A stretch of 64,000 nucleotides of DNA from the IMG/VR virus record IMGVR_UViG_3300012348_000120, one strand, 5' to 3'. The notes below the pieces were generated by a model. It saw only the letters and a program-made list of their open reading frames with translations. It ran no database searches and was not told the origin of the DNA. Both the position numbers and the translations under genes were made by a program. Shown here piece by piece: positions 9,106 to 19,012 of the stretch (within the stretch, counting starts at the first letter, position 1; the number at the start of each line of letters is the position of its first letter). The DNA is from a virus. Lineage: Duplodnaviria > Heunggongvirae > Uroviricota > Caudoviricetes.

Positions 9106-11199
9106 TTATGCTAGTAATGTGAATATAACCCAAGCATGGGTGGTTGTTCCGAATTGACGTGACGCGCCAGTATCCACTTCGGCCAACTTCAATGTCATTT
9201 TTACACTTCCGAAGTTGCCAAATGCAATCGGTGCGCCAGAAGTTCCTCCACCTGAAATTTTTCTTGTAGTCATGTCAGCGGTGATCGGTGTAATTACATA
9301 TTCGTTTGTCGCTCTTACGTATCCATAAATCATAGTGTTGGCAGGAGGCATCGTGTATGATGGGAATGTAAATTCAATAATTCCACCAACGGATGAGACA
9401 ACGTTTGAAGTGATTCCACCTGTTAGGTCAGATACACTTATCACTGAGCCATCAGTTGCATAGTTTATCTTTGCATACGCAACGGCTGTGGCAATAGGCT
9501 TGTCTATTAGATCGTTGTATGATCCAGTTGTTGCAACTTCTGAAAGGTCACTTACGTTTGCTTTTTGTGCCAAACCATCTGCCACACCTGTGAAGTAATT
9601 TGGGTCATTGTTTATTGCAGTTGCAAGTTCACTTAGAGTGTCTAATGTTTCTGGTGCCAACCCAACGATGTTCGCAAGTGCATTGTCAACATATGTGATA
9701 GTTGCATAATCAGTTTGCAGAGTTGTGTCTACGTATCCAACTGTTGCAAACTGTGTCAAATCTGGTAGATTTGTTAGAGTGTCGTATGAAACTTCTAGGT
9801 TTGCTAAGTCACTTTGAATTTGATTTACAGCATCAGCAAGAGTGATATATCCAATATCGTTATTGAATGAACTCAGCGCGGTAGGAGTATTGACCAGATT
9901 GGTATAGTCTTTACCGATGAAGATTTCAACTCCGTTGTATGTTAGGTCGCCTTCAACGTCAATACTTAGGGTGTTCTGTCCAATGTCAATTGTATTACCA
10001 GAAAGATACAAATCTCTGAAACGTCTGGTTGGTGAACCAAGGTCTTGTTGTTCATTCGTAGCAGGAATAAAACTCCAACCAGCATCCAGTGTTACTGTTT
10101 GCGCCTGAGTGTTTGAGGTAATTCCATCTATGCTTGTTATTGGGCTTCCGTTCCATAGAAGAATATCGCCATCTGAACTTAGAGTGTTTCCGTCCAGATA
10201 GATCGATGCATTTGACAGATATATTTCTGACCATCTATGATCTGCCGTTCCAAGTGTTTGCATTCCATCGTCAGTTGGCAAGAAAGTCCAGCCAGAGTCA
10301 AGTATTATATTCTGACCCATCTTTTCAATGGTTATACCTTCAAGGTCAGCTTCGGTCAAATCAAGATTTACTGAGTTTCCGTTTGAAATTGTAAGAGTAG
10401 TTCCGTTTAGTGATAGTAGCTGAACGGTTGATGAACCACCAGCACCAGAAGGCATAGCAGCAATCCATCGCTGTCCGTCATAAGCAAGTATGTCACCAAC
10501 GTTTCCAGATATAGTAAGATTGTCCGATAGAACAGCGGTTCCTTGCAGTGTTTCCGCATAAATGTCATTGAAACGGCGCTGAGAAGAGCCAATGTCCCAC
10601 ATATTATTTTGGTCTGGAACACTGTGACCATCGGTTCTGATGAACTTTCCTTCGGTCTCTGACTTAGAATATACATCAAGTGCAAGTCTTGCTTCTGCAA
10701 CATTACCCAAGTCAGACAGGTTATTGTCTATTTCAAGATATGCCCCTTGTCCTACACTTCCAGACAGTGAAACAGTTATAGTTGATCCATTGTCGGAAAT
10801 TGAAAGTCCATTTCCTACTGCGATACTTTTGAATTCAAAGTCGTCGTTGTTGTTCAACTGCGCAAAAATTGCGGTCCCGTTACCAAGATTGGTTGCAGTT
10901 TGAATTTCATTTTCAAATGTATTTGATATTACTAATGCATCACCATTATCAATGATTGAAATGTTGTTTCCAGCTATCAGAGTTTTTAATTCTAAATCAT
11001 TTCCAGTGACGCCATAAGATATTCCAACTCCAATTCCAACGTCAGTGACATTAGTTATTGGTGTAGTGTTTGCTCCAGTTCCAGAGCCATATGCGTTTAC
11101 AAATGCATTTTCACTTGTATCAAATATTAGTATTTGGTCTTGTTCTAGTGTCCCTACCAACTTAAATGTAGGTGAAAATGGTTGTGCGTTGATGCTCAT
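9106..11199 (-). CDS. virion structural / tail-fibre-like protein
   Basis: 697 aa; repeated LG..xxRF.D.Y and APETLDTLSELATAI fibre motifs. Confidence 0.65.
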   Translation of the reverse strand: MSINAQPFSPTFKLVGTLEQDQILIFDTSENAFVNAYGSGTGANTTPITNVTDVGIGVGISYGVTGNDLELKTLIAGNNISIIDNGDALVISNTFENEIQTATNLGNGTAIFAQLNNNDDFEFKSIAVGNGLSISDNGSTITVSLSGSVGQGAYLEIDNNLSDLGNVAEARLALDVYSKSETEGKFIRTDGHSVPDQNNMWDIGSSQRRFNDIYAETLQGTAVLSDNLTISGNVGDILAYDGQRWIAAMPSGAGGSSTVQLLSLNGTTLTISNGNSVNLDLTEADLEGITIEKMGQNIILDSGWTFLPTDDGMQTLGTADHRWSEIYLSNASIYLDGNTLSSDGDILLWNGSPITSIDGITSNTQAQTVTLDAGWSFIPATNEQQDLGSPTRRFRDLYLSGNTIDIGQNTLSIDVEGDLTYNGVEIFIGKDYTNLVNTPTALSSFNNDIGYITLADAVNQIQSDLANLEVSYDTLTNLPDLTQFATVGYVDTTLQTDYATITYVDNALANIVGLAPETLDTLSELATAINNDPNYFTGVADGLAQKANVSDLSEVATTGSYNDLIDKPIATAVAYAKINYATDGSVISVSDLTGGITSNVVSSVGGIIEFTFPSYTMPPANTMIYGYVRATNEYVITPITADMTTRKISGGGTSGAPIAFGNFGSVKMTLKLAEVDTGASRQFGTTTHAWVIFTLLA

Positions 11200-11211
11200 T
11201 TCCTTCGCCCC

Positions 11212-11580
11212 TTAGTAATTCAAATATATTTTTTCAATGTATCCAGCATTTGTTACGTTTGTAATACCGATAGAATCTCTATCCAATATCGCTCGTAAAA
11301 AAACTAGATTGGCGACGAAGGTAAATCCCTCAACGCCAGTGAATGATTGATAATCCTTGTAAGGCAATCCATTTAGAAGAATATTGAACCAATCGTTTTC
11401 AGTTGGATTTGTTGCCAATGTTCCTTGAATACGAACACGTCCAGACAAATTCTGCCCGTAAATGGCAATTGTGTGCAGCCCATCAGTATACCCGTAGTAG
11501 CTGTCACCAGGAACAGGCGTCCCCATGACGTTTAGATTTACTCCGCTGTTCCCCATTAGGGTAGAAGTTTTACGTGCCAT
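11212..11580 (-). CDS. putative structural protein
   Basis: 122 aa; IQGTLATNP...DWF motif, inside the structural cluster. Confidence 0.55.
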   Translation of the reverse strand: MARKTSTLMGNSGVNLNVMGTPVPGDSYYGYTDGLHTIAIYGQNLSGRVRIQGTLATNPTENDWFNILLNGLPYKDYQSFTGVEGFTFVANLVFLRAILDRDSIGITNVTNAGYIEKIYLNY

Positions 11581-11830
11581 CGTGATTGGTTCCTTACTCT
11601 TCTATTTTTTCTATTTCAACAACAACGCCTTTGCCCAGCAGTTCAGTCACGACTTGTTCCAATGTGGAAACAATGTCATCTGACAAAACGCTGGGTTCTA
11701 AATTTTCGTTGCTTTTGATAAGTGTGGATACTTTGACTAGAAGGATTTCTTCCTTTATGTGTGCCATGTTTGTTTCCTCTTGTTATGCTTATTCTTATTT
11801 ATCCAATAAGAACACAACAAGAGGAACGGA

Positions 11831-12565
11831 TTATTTCAGTTCTTCTATCAATACTGCTTTTTTTACTGACCTGACCATATCGCCACCAATCATAGCCAAA
11901 TAGCTTGCGGTTTCTTCATCGTCACAAGCTACTGCCAGCGTTGAGTATTGCCAGTATCTTACCTTGTGAGCTTGTTCAAGGTTTGGTGATATGTAGACTT
12001 TTTCAAGTGATGATGCCATATCTCGAAACGTAATTACGTCTTCAAGGTCAGCGTCATGTCCAGCAACCATCGTAATTTTATATCGGTGACGTTCATAATA
12101 TAAACATTTTCTTACTTCTTCGGTCACTGATAGTTTTGATGTTACTTGCTCGTAATCATCAAACGCTGGTTCACACACGTCAATCGCAAACTCTTTGTAG
12201 TTGGTAAAGTTTAGAATCTGATCGTATAGTTCTCTTGACGTAATATACACCATCGTGTGAATATTATCATTACGAACTTTGATTTCACCTTTGTTTGCTT
12301 GTGATAGTTTTTTTATTTGATCACTTAGTTCCAATCTACGTGCCAATTCTTCTTCGGTCGAAGGATAATGTCGCACCGCATAAGAAGTGGAATAGGCCAT
12401 ATACCTGACTTTTTCTGGCGTGATTTGTGATGGGTTCATTGAATACTGCAAATATGTATCATAGAAATTATCTATGAGTTTTGTTCGTATTCTGAACTTG
12501 TATTTTTTGTAAAATGGCTTTGTAGCTATTTCTTTTTTGATTCTTTTATACTTAAACATATTCAA
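11831..12565 (-). CDS. hypothetical protein (paralog of 49266..49922)
   Basis: KPFYKKYKFRIR...KAVLIEE. Confidence 0.6.
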   Translation of the reverse strand: MNMFKYKRIKKEIATKPFYKKYKFRIRTKLIDNFYDTYLQYSMNPSQITPEKVRYMAYSTSYAVRHYPSTEEELARRLELSDQIKKLSQANKGEIKVRNDNIHTMVYITSRELYDQILNFTNYKEFAIDVCEPAFDDYEQVTSKLSVTEEVRKCLYYERHRYKITMVAGHDADLEDVITFRDMASSLEKVYISPNLEQAHKVRYWQYSTLAVACDDEETASYLAMIGGDMVRSVKKAVLIEELK

Positions 12566-14771
12566 AGGTCAAACCCTCATCATTCGCAGATACATTTACG
12601 GTCCCGCCGTTGATCAATCTGCCAAACAAAATCTCTTTTGACAGTGGCTTCTTGATGCTGTCATGAACCACACGCTGCAACGGACGTGCGCCCATATTAG
12701 GCTGGTATCCCTTTTCACAAATCCAAGACTTTGCTTCTTCGGTGAGAACAATCTTCACGTTCTTTTCTTCCAGCATTCCGTTTAGTTCTTTCACAGCCTT
12801 ATCGACAATCATAAGAATATGATCTTTTCCAAGATTGACAAATTCTACCACTGCATCCAAACGATTGCGGAATTCAGGAGTAAAGAACTTTTCAACTGCA
12901 ATCTTACTTGCATCGTCATTGCTGGTGCTGAAACCAATTGCTTGCTTTGAACGCTGTGCTGCACCAAGGTTAGAAGTCATAATGAGAATGACGTTGCTGA
13001 AGTCAGCGGTCTTGCCAGTTGAAGAAGTTAGTTTACCATCATCCATCACTTGAAGCAGAAGGTTCATAACACTTGGGTGCGCCTTCTCTACTTCGTCAAG
13101 AAGAACAATACAGTTAGGTGTTTCTTCAACTTCATTGATTAGCTTACCAGAACCAACTCCACCTTCAGCATGACCAACGTAACCAGGAGGTGCGCCGATC
13201 AGTTTTGAAACTGAGTGTGATTCCATATATTCAGACATATCATACTTGCGAAGTTTGACGTTCAGGTTGTCAGCAAGTTGGCGACATACTTCTGTCTTAC
13301 CAGTGCCAGTAGGACCAACAAACAAGAATGAGCCAACTGGTTTATTACGTGGGCGCATACCAGCCTTTGCAACAAAGATTGCATCGGTTAGTTGTTGCAC
13401 TGCGGTATCTTGACCAAATATCTTTGACTTGATATTGGTTTCAAGATTGGCATAGTTTGTATTCTGCTTGACATCAATCATATCAATAGAGATGTTTGCA
13501 ATCTTTGAGATTGCTTTACGGATTTCATCATCAGTGATCCGATCAGTAGTCTTATGTAGTTTTGCTTGTGCGCCAGCAACGTCGATTACGTCAATCGCAC
13601 GGTCTGGGTTGAACTTATTGAAGATATAGCGTTCAGCCAAGTCTACTGCAAGATCAAGAGCACTGTCATCATATGTCACACCATGGAACGTCTCATAGTA
13701 TTCCCGTAGTCCACGAAGGATAAGTTTGGTGTCAGAATTATTTGGTTGATCAATGTTCAATCTCTGGAAGCGGCGTTGTAGAGCACGATCTTTTTCAAAG
13801 TTTTCACGGTATTCTTCGCTTGTGGTCGCACCGATACAGTGTAGCTTTCCACTTGCCAATAGAGGCTTCAATAGGTTTGCAATGTCAATGTTTGACCCGC
13901 CAGCATTACCAGCACCCATAATCATATGGATTTCGTCAATAAACAAAATTGCGTTGTCTTTTTTGGCAAGTTGATCAAATACAGTCTTCGCACGTTCTTC
14001 AAACTCGCCGCGATACTTGGTTCCAGCAACCATAGCAGTTACGTCAAGAGAGTAAACGATTTTGTTCTCTAATGTATGTGGAACTGTTCCTTCAACAATC
14101 ATAAGAGCAAGCCCTTCTGCGATTGCTGTTTTACCAACTCCTGGTTCGCCAACGATAATGACGTTGTTTTTCTTTCGACGTGCAAGAACTTCTGCAACTT
14201 CGGTAAGTTCGCGAGTTCTACCAATGATTGGGTCAATAAGACCTTCGGATGCCTGTCTGTTTAGGTTGGTGCAGAAGTCTTCAAATCGGATTTGTTGTGA
14301 GCCACCACCCGCTGTTCCTTGTGGTGCGAGACCAGCCGCCGCATTGTGCTCGTTTGTAATAATCTCAATTGCCTTGTTACGATCAGCACCATGCTTTTTC
14401 AGGACGAAGTAAGCATAGGAGTTTTTCTCACTTAGAAGTGAAACAAAAATATCCTTACACACGAGTTTTGTGCTGCCAGAGAAAATAGCTTGTGTGACTG
14501 CACGATTGAATACTCGATCCAGTGCAAGAGTTTTTCTTGGTTCTTGTCCATGTGCATTTGGAATGTCATCACGTTCACGCAGAAACGTTTCAAGGTCGGA
14601 TACGATTGCACCAACATCGACTCTCATTTTATTGAGAAACGAAATAACATCATCTTCTTCAAGAATAGAATAGAGAAGGTGTTCAAGCGTCACATATTCA
14701 TGTGCAAATGCTGTCGCTTTTTGAATTGCACGTTCAATTGAAAGGTTTACGCGGTCAGGTTGGTTGCTCAT
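12552..14771 (-). CDS. clpA: ATP-dependent Clp protease ATP-binding subunit ClpA
   Basis: HEYVTLEHLL N-domain; GEPGVGKT and GPTGTGKT Walker A motifs; GAPPGYVG; GARPL. Confidence 0.93.
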   Translation of the reverse strand: MSNQPDRVNLSIERAIQKATAFAHEYVTLEHLLYSILEEDDVISFLNKMRVDVGAIVSDLETFLRERDDIPNAHGQEPRKTLALDRVFNRAVTQAIFSGSTKLVCKDIFVSLLSEKNSYAYFVLKKHGADRNKAIEIITNEHNAAAGLAPQGTAGGGSQQIRFEDFCTNLNRQASEGLIDPIIGRTRELTEVAEVLARRKKNNVIIVGEPGVGKTAIAEGLALMIVEGTVPHTLENKIVYSLDVTAMVAGTKYRGEFEERAKTVFDQLAKKDNAILFIDEIHMIMGAGNAGGSNIDIANLLKPLLASGKLHCIGATTSEEYRENFEKDRALQRRFQRLNIDQPNNSDTKLILRGLREYYETFHGVTYDDSALDLAVDLAERYIFNKFNPDRAIDVIDVAGAQAKLHKTTDRITDDEIRKAISKIANISIDMIDVKQNTNYANLETNIKSKIFGQDTAVQQLTDAIFVAKAGMRPRNKPVGSFLFVGPTGTGKTEVCRQLADNLNVKLRKYDMSEYMESHSVSKLIGAPPGYVGHAEGGVGSGKLINEVEETPNCIVLLDEVEKAHPSVMNLLLQVMDDGKLTSSTGKTADFSNVILIMTSNLGAAQRSKQAIGFSTSNDDASKIAVEKFFTPEFRNRLDAVVEFVNLGKDHILMIVDKAVKELNGMLEEKNVKIVLTEEAKSWICEKGYQPNMGARPLQRVVHDSIKKPLSKEILFGRLINGGTVNVSANDEGLTFEYV

Positions 14772-15153
14772 TTTTGTCCTTGATTGTTACTAATAGGGTT
14801 AGGTTTGGCAGGATATTTTCAATTTTGATAGTATCGCCAACTCTTGTTTCGTATGGAACGAATATCTCAAAGTGATACTTATCTATTTCTATAAGAATGT
14901 TTTCTCCAAGGTAATCTTTCAACTCTTTGGGAGACATATACACTTTTGTTCTGAATGTGTTTATAGATGGTGGAAGGTTGGATAAAACTTCATACGCTTC
15001 AACTATCTGCCTAAATGTTTCTGGATTTCCGCCAACATCTGGATGATGCTTCTTTACAAGAGTGCTGAACTTTTTTTTGAGTTCTTCTTCTGTAAAATTA
15101 TTGGGAAGTCCAAACAAATTTAGAATGTTAGTCGGCAACATAGTATCGCTCAT
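14755..15153 (-). CDS. DnaJ-domain protein
   Basis: HHPDVGGNPETFRQIVEAYEVL. Confidence 0.85.
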   Translation of the reverse strand: MSDTMLPTNILNLFGLPNNFTEEELKKKFSTLVKKHHPDVGGNPETFRQIVEAYEVLSNLPPSINTFRTKVYMSPKELKDYLGENILIEIDKYHFEIFVPYETRVGDTIKIENILPNLTLLVTIKDKNEQPT

Positions 15154-15493
15154 AAGAAGCGATGATGCTTTTCTGTTGGGATACTAATTCCAAGATACTT
15201 GCCATGTTCAATGAAAGTTTTTCATATCCGTCTTTGTCCATGGCGAACAGAACCACAGAATTACCACCTTTTTCCATCTGCGCAAATACTTCATCAACAT
15301 TATCTTTTGTGACAACGATGTAATCAACACGTTGTAGATTTAATGGGGTGACTTGCGGCAAGACCAAGGCTGGTTTTGGTTCTGGGGTTGCAGTATATTC
15401 AACTTGTTTTGGCGTTGAACAAGCACTAAGGGCGATAGTTAGGATTGGCAATGTCAGTGCAACTGAGATTGATTTCGCTCGGTTTGGTCGCAT
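15128..15493 (-). CDS. o-spanin (Rz1-like lipoprotein)
   Basis: Lipobox ALSAC, Pro-rich; overlaps the upstream Rz-like gene. Confidence 0.7.
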   Translation of the reverse strand: MRPNRAKSISVALTLPILTIALSACSTPKQVEYTATPEPKPALVLPQVTPLNLQRVDYIVVTKDNVDEVFAQMEKGGNSVVLFAMDKDGYEKLSLNMASILELVSQQKSIIASYERYYVAD

Positions 15494-15902
15494 TCAATTC
15501 TTCCTGTGTGAGTGGGCTTCCACTTTGTATTTCAAAACATCTTAGCACATCTTTGGATGCTTTGTCAATGATTTTTTCTACCAATTGTGGTTTTGACTCA
15601 GCCAAAAATCCAAGATCGTGTTCGCTCAATTTGTCTTCAAGAAGGGCCACACGTTTGGACGCAATAGAAAATTGCTCTTGCGTCTGAGTGAACTCTGCTC
15701 GTATTTTGTCTATGCTTTTTCTTAGTTCAGTTATGGAAACTTCTGCGGACTGTTGAGATTGTTCTGCAAGTGCCGCATTTGTTCTATACGTCTGTATTTG
15801 ATTTTGTGTATATGTGTGATACTTCCAAGCACCGAACAACAGTATTGTGACCGCTCCACCAGTAATAAGATACTTTTGAATATTTTTGAATACTATCATC
15901 AT
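15426..15902 (-). CDS. i-spanin (Rz-like)
   Basis: N-terminal TM helix followed by a coiled coil. Confidence 0.7.
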   Translation of the reverse strand: MMIVFKNIQKYLITGGAVTILLFGAWKYHTYTQNQIQTYRTNAALAEQSQQSAEVSITELRKSIDKIRAEFTQTQEQFSIASKRVALLEDKLSEHDLGFLAESKPQLVEKIIDKASKDVLRCFEIQSGSPLTQEELNATKPSEINLSCTDIANPNYRP

Positions 15903-16117
15903 TTATACCTATACGTTATTCGACCTTTCGTAAGGTCATATGGGGTCATTTCCATTTTAACTTTGTCGTAGAGAATGACCTTGATGTTGTTGGTTCTCAT
16001 TTTACCAGACAATATGCCTTCAACTTCGTGTCCGTTTTCTAACCTTATACGAAATCTACCATTTGGCAATACATCAACCACTTGCCCTTCTACTTCTATC
16101 GATTCTTCTTTAGCCAT
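15899..16117 (-). CDS. infA: translation initiation factor IF-1
   Basis: [11 protein letters not shown]...[35 protein letters not shown]; 72 aa from the internal ATG. Confidence 0.95.
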   Translation of the reverse strand: MAKEESIEVEGQVVDVLPNGRFRIRLENGHEVEGILSGKMRTNNIKVILYDKVKMEMTPYDLTKGRITYRYK

Positions 16118-16509
16118 TCTTTGATTTGTTTCTCCGTTATGGTTATTTTGTTTCCTGAAAAAAACTGTAAGTTCCATGTTTGAATGTTGCATAGTTGCCC
16201 TGCATCCAGCAATATCTCAAATACAGTTTTCATCATTTCCAAGTTATTTTTGATTTCGATGAAAACAAGATAGAACCCAGAGTCATCTGGGTTTGGAGAA
16301 ACTTCAGTGTCAATAACTTTTGTTGCGCCTTTTTCTATAAAACTTGCCAAGTCTTGTGCTGGCGAATCATCAGATACATAAAATCCAAGAACTGTTACTT
16401 CATTGAAGTCGCCAGTCTTTGGTTCAAACTCTGCAATGCTTACTTGGTTTTTTACCAACGATTGAAGATCGCCTTTTTCTACACCTTCTAAAATTTCATG
16501 GCGTTTCAT
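16096..16509 (-). CDS. hypothetical protein
   Basis: 137 aa ORF coupled to its neighbours. Confidence 0.6.
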   Translation of the reverse strand: MKRHEILEGVEKGDLQSLVKNQVSIAEFEPKTGDFNEVTVLGFYVSDDSPAQDLASFIEKGATKVIDTEVSPNPDDSGFYLVFIEIKNNLEMMKTVFEILLDAGQLCNIQTWNLQFFSGNKITITEKQIKEWLKKNR

Positions 16510-17024
16510 TTAGACCCTCCTTGATTTTCAATATTGGTTTCGTCATCCAATCCATCGTCATATGCTTGGTTCAATTCATCAACGTCAACGGAATCGCCAT
16601 CCACGTTAATCTTATCATCAGTGAACTCATCAATGAATCTTCTTGGCATCCAAACTTCAATCAACCAAACTTTATGTTTCTTGACTTTTGGTTTGTTATT
16701 TTCGTCCAAGTCTTCACGGGATTTCACATCAACTGGAACTTTCAACATTCCTTTATTGAACTCCACTTCACAACCAAGTTCTACCAAACGTCTTGCGCCT
16801 TTTGGGTCTGGCATCTTTTTATATGGATACATCAGCTTTACGTATAGCCAGTAACGAGAAAGAGATGGACCTTCCACCACTTCACCATATTTCCAGTTGT
16901 CATACACATACATACCTTGCTTATCAAAGACATGCTCAAATTCCAATAGCATATCAAGCAACGTGCCGTTTGCGTCAATATCTCGTAGATTGTCTAAGAC
17001 ATCATCATTATCTATTTCTGACAT
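16506..17024 (-). CDS. hypothetical protein
   Basis: 172 aa acidic ORF. Confidence 0.6.
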   Translation of the reverse strand: MSEIDNDDVLDNLRDIDANGTLLDMLLEFEHVFDKQGMYVYDNWKYGEVVEGPSLSRYWLYVKLMYPYKKMPDPKGARRLVELGCEVEFNKGMLKVPVDVKSREDLDENNKPKVKKHKVWLIEVWMPRRFIDEFTDDKINVDGDSVDVDELNQAYDDGLDDETNIENQGGSK

Positions 17025-17099
17025 ACATATTCTCCGTCAATTATAATGTATTTATCCGAGGTTTACAATAATAAATATTTTGAATAAGGAGAAAAGCCG

Positions 17100-17327
17100 A
17101 TGACCGACAATCCAAAACTTATCATTAGCATTGACGAAATATACGATATGAGAGATCGTAAACGTCTTGAATTAGACTATTATAACAAACAACTTCTTGA
17201 ATTGCAAGAGAAAATGTCATTTATCCGCCAAGAGATCGTATTGACTGAAACTATCATAAAGTTAGTTGAAAGCGATAAAGTGATAGACTTGATCAATGGA
17301 GACACATTCTTACTGCCTAAAAAATGA
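17100..17327 (+). CDS. hypothetical coiled-coil protein
   Basis: 75 aa; AAGGAG RBS. Confidence 0.6.
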   Translation: MTDNPKLIISIDEIYDMRDRKRLELDYYNKQLLELQEKMSFIRQEIVLTETIIKLVESDKVIDLINGDTFLLPKK

Positions 17328-17415
17328 TCAATATTGCACGTTATAGTTTGAAAAATGATAAGTAATAGTGAGTTAGTAAAAACTCACCTGAAAATCCCCC
17401 AACGGAGGAAAAAAT

Positions 17416-18168
17416 ATGGCACGAAAAAAGCGTGTTGAACGACAACCACAGCGAGTCAGCCATGAGACTCGTTCGTATGACTCAAATGGCAGTGTAGTTC
17501 CTCTGCACAGAAAAACAATCCCAACAATATTGCCACGAAATGTTGCACAAGAAGATTACCTATATCAGTTGGCCGATCCAAAAAACAATATCATTTTTGC
17601 GATTGGTCCAGCGGGAACTGGTAAAACTCTTCTTTGCACACAGATGGGCGTAAAGGCTTTTATGGAAAGAGAGGTGAAAAAGATTGTTATTACTCGTCCA
17701 GCCGTATCGGTAGACGAGCAACATGGTTTCTTACCAGGAGACTTGAATGAAAAAATGGCTCCTTGGACAAGACCAATATTTGATATACTTGAAAAGCATT
17801 TCACAGTAGATCAAATCACGATGATGTTAGAAAATCATATTATTGAAATCGCGCCACTCGCCTATATGCGCGGTAGAACATTTGAAGATTCTTGGATTAT
17901 TGCTGACGAAATGCAAAACGCAACAAAGTCGCAAATGAAAATGCTTCTAACACGTATCGGAAATAATACTAAGATGATAGTCACCGGAGACCTAAAACAG
18001 CATGATCGCGGATTTTCAGAAAATGGTCTTTCCGACTTTATGGACTTGGTAAAACGCTATGAAATGGCAAATCTAAAACACATCGCCATTTCACGGTTTG
18101 ATATGATGGACGTTGAACGCCATCCTGCCGTAGTGGAAGTTCTAAAAATATACGGAGAAGACGACTAA
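17416..18168 (+). CDS. phoH: PhoH-like ATPase
   Basis: GPAGTGKT, GFLPGDL, LAYMRGRTF, DEMQN, TGDLKQ. Confidence 0.95.
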   Translation: MARKKRVERQPQRVSHETRSYDSNGSVVPLHRKTIPTILPRNVAQEDYLYQLADPKNNIIFAIGPAGTGKTLLCTQMGVKAFMEREVKKIVITRPAVSVDEQHGFLPGDLNEKMAPWTRPIFDILEKHFTVDQITMMLENHIIEIAPLAYMRGRTFEDSWIIADEMQNATKSQMKMLLTRIGNNTKMIVTGDLKQHDRGFSENGLSDFMDLVKRYEMANLKHIAISRFDMMDVERHPAVVEVLKIYGEDD

Positions 18169-18193
18169 AAAAAGGGGGCATCAGCCCCCTTTT
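18167..18193. terminator. bidirectional intrinsic terminator
   Basis: A-run, ggggc/gcccc hairpin, T-run between convergent genes. Confidence 0.7.
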
Positions 18194-18648
18194 TCAACTT
18201 CTTGAAGTTTCGCCAAGATTTCAAGATAGAACCGATGATATTTTTCCATACGGAGAATATCCTTTTCGGTCACCCCTTTTAGCCTACGAACATCAGTATT
18301 ATGACGAAGGTCGCACATCTTGACTTTCATTGCGTCAACGTTTGCAAATACGCTTTCTTTGTATTCTTCATACGTCTGACCCGGCATTTTAGTAAGAGCA
18401 GCAATCCCTTTGATCACACGTTCACTGATTCCAGCATCTCGCAAATCTTTGTAAGTTACTTTTGTATCTTCAATCACATCATGACCAAGGGCGATACATT
18501 GAAGTTCCTCGTCATCTGTTTTGAGATAATGCATCACTTTCATCGGATGAAGAATGTAAGGAGTGCCACCACGATCAAACTGCCCGTCATGAGCATTGGT
18601 GGCAATCAAAATCATCTTACTGAGCATTTCACCTTTTTTCATCTTCAT
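18181..18648 (-). CDS. SpoT/Mesh1-like HD hydrolase ((p)ppGpp hydrolase-like)
   Basis: AH.GQ.D..G.PYILHP...LGHDVIEDT...VKMCDLRHN. Confidence 0.85.
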   Translation of the reverse strand: MKMKKGEMLSKMILIATNAHDGQFDRGGTPYILHPMKVMHYLKTDDEELQCIALGHDVIEDTKVTYKDLRDAGISERVIKGIAALTKMPGQTYEEYKESVFANVDAMKVKMCDLRHNTDVRRLKGVTEKDILRMEKYHRFYLEILAKLQEVEKGG

Positions 18649-18804
18649 CTCCTTTGTTACACTTATATCCTATCAGGGATAAGATATAATGTCAACGTGT
18701 TTTTTGAAGAATCTCCGAAAGTTCAAGAATTTCTTCAATGTCATCGGCATAAAGATTCATGAACTGTTTCAAGAACTCATTTTCTTCGTCTTCAAACTCA
18801 TCGG

Positions 18805-19011
18805 TCACTGCTTCGGCGTTGGGATTTGTTCGCATGTTTTTAGCACTTCCATTACTTCTGTTGCGGGGATTGGCGACTCCACCAAGTCACCGTTTGCGTC
18901 TATGATATACTTGATGTTATTGTTATATACCGTATCAATACTGTCCACTTTTACAAAGGTGTGATCACCGATTTGTAACCAGAAAAAGCCAGCGATGAGG
19001 ATGCAAGTCAT
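18805..19011 (-). CDS. hypothetical protein
   Basis: Start taken at MTCILIAG. Confidence 0.45.
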   Translation of the reverse strand: MTCILIAGFFWLQIGDHTFVKVDSIDTVYNNNIKYIIDANGDLVESPIPATEVMEVLKTCEQIPTPKQ

Positions 19012-19012
19012 C

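Noticed and set aside
15899-16192. 97-aa extended IF-1 and upstream starts for ORFs ending at 3765, 18805 and 42015
   Set aside because: Internal ATGs match family N-termini or have better RBS and gene overlaps.
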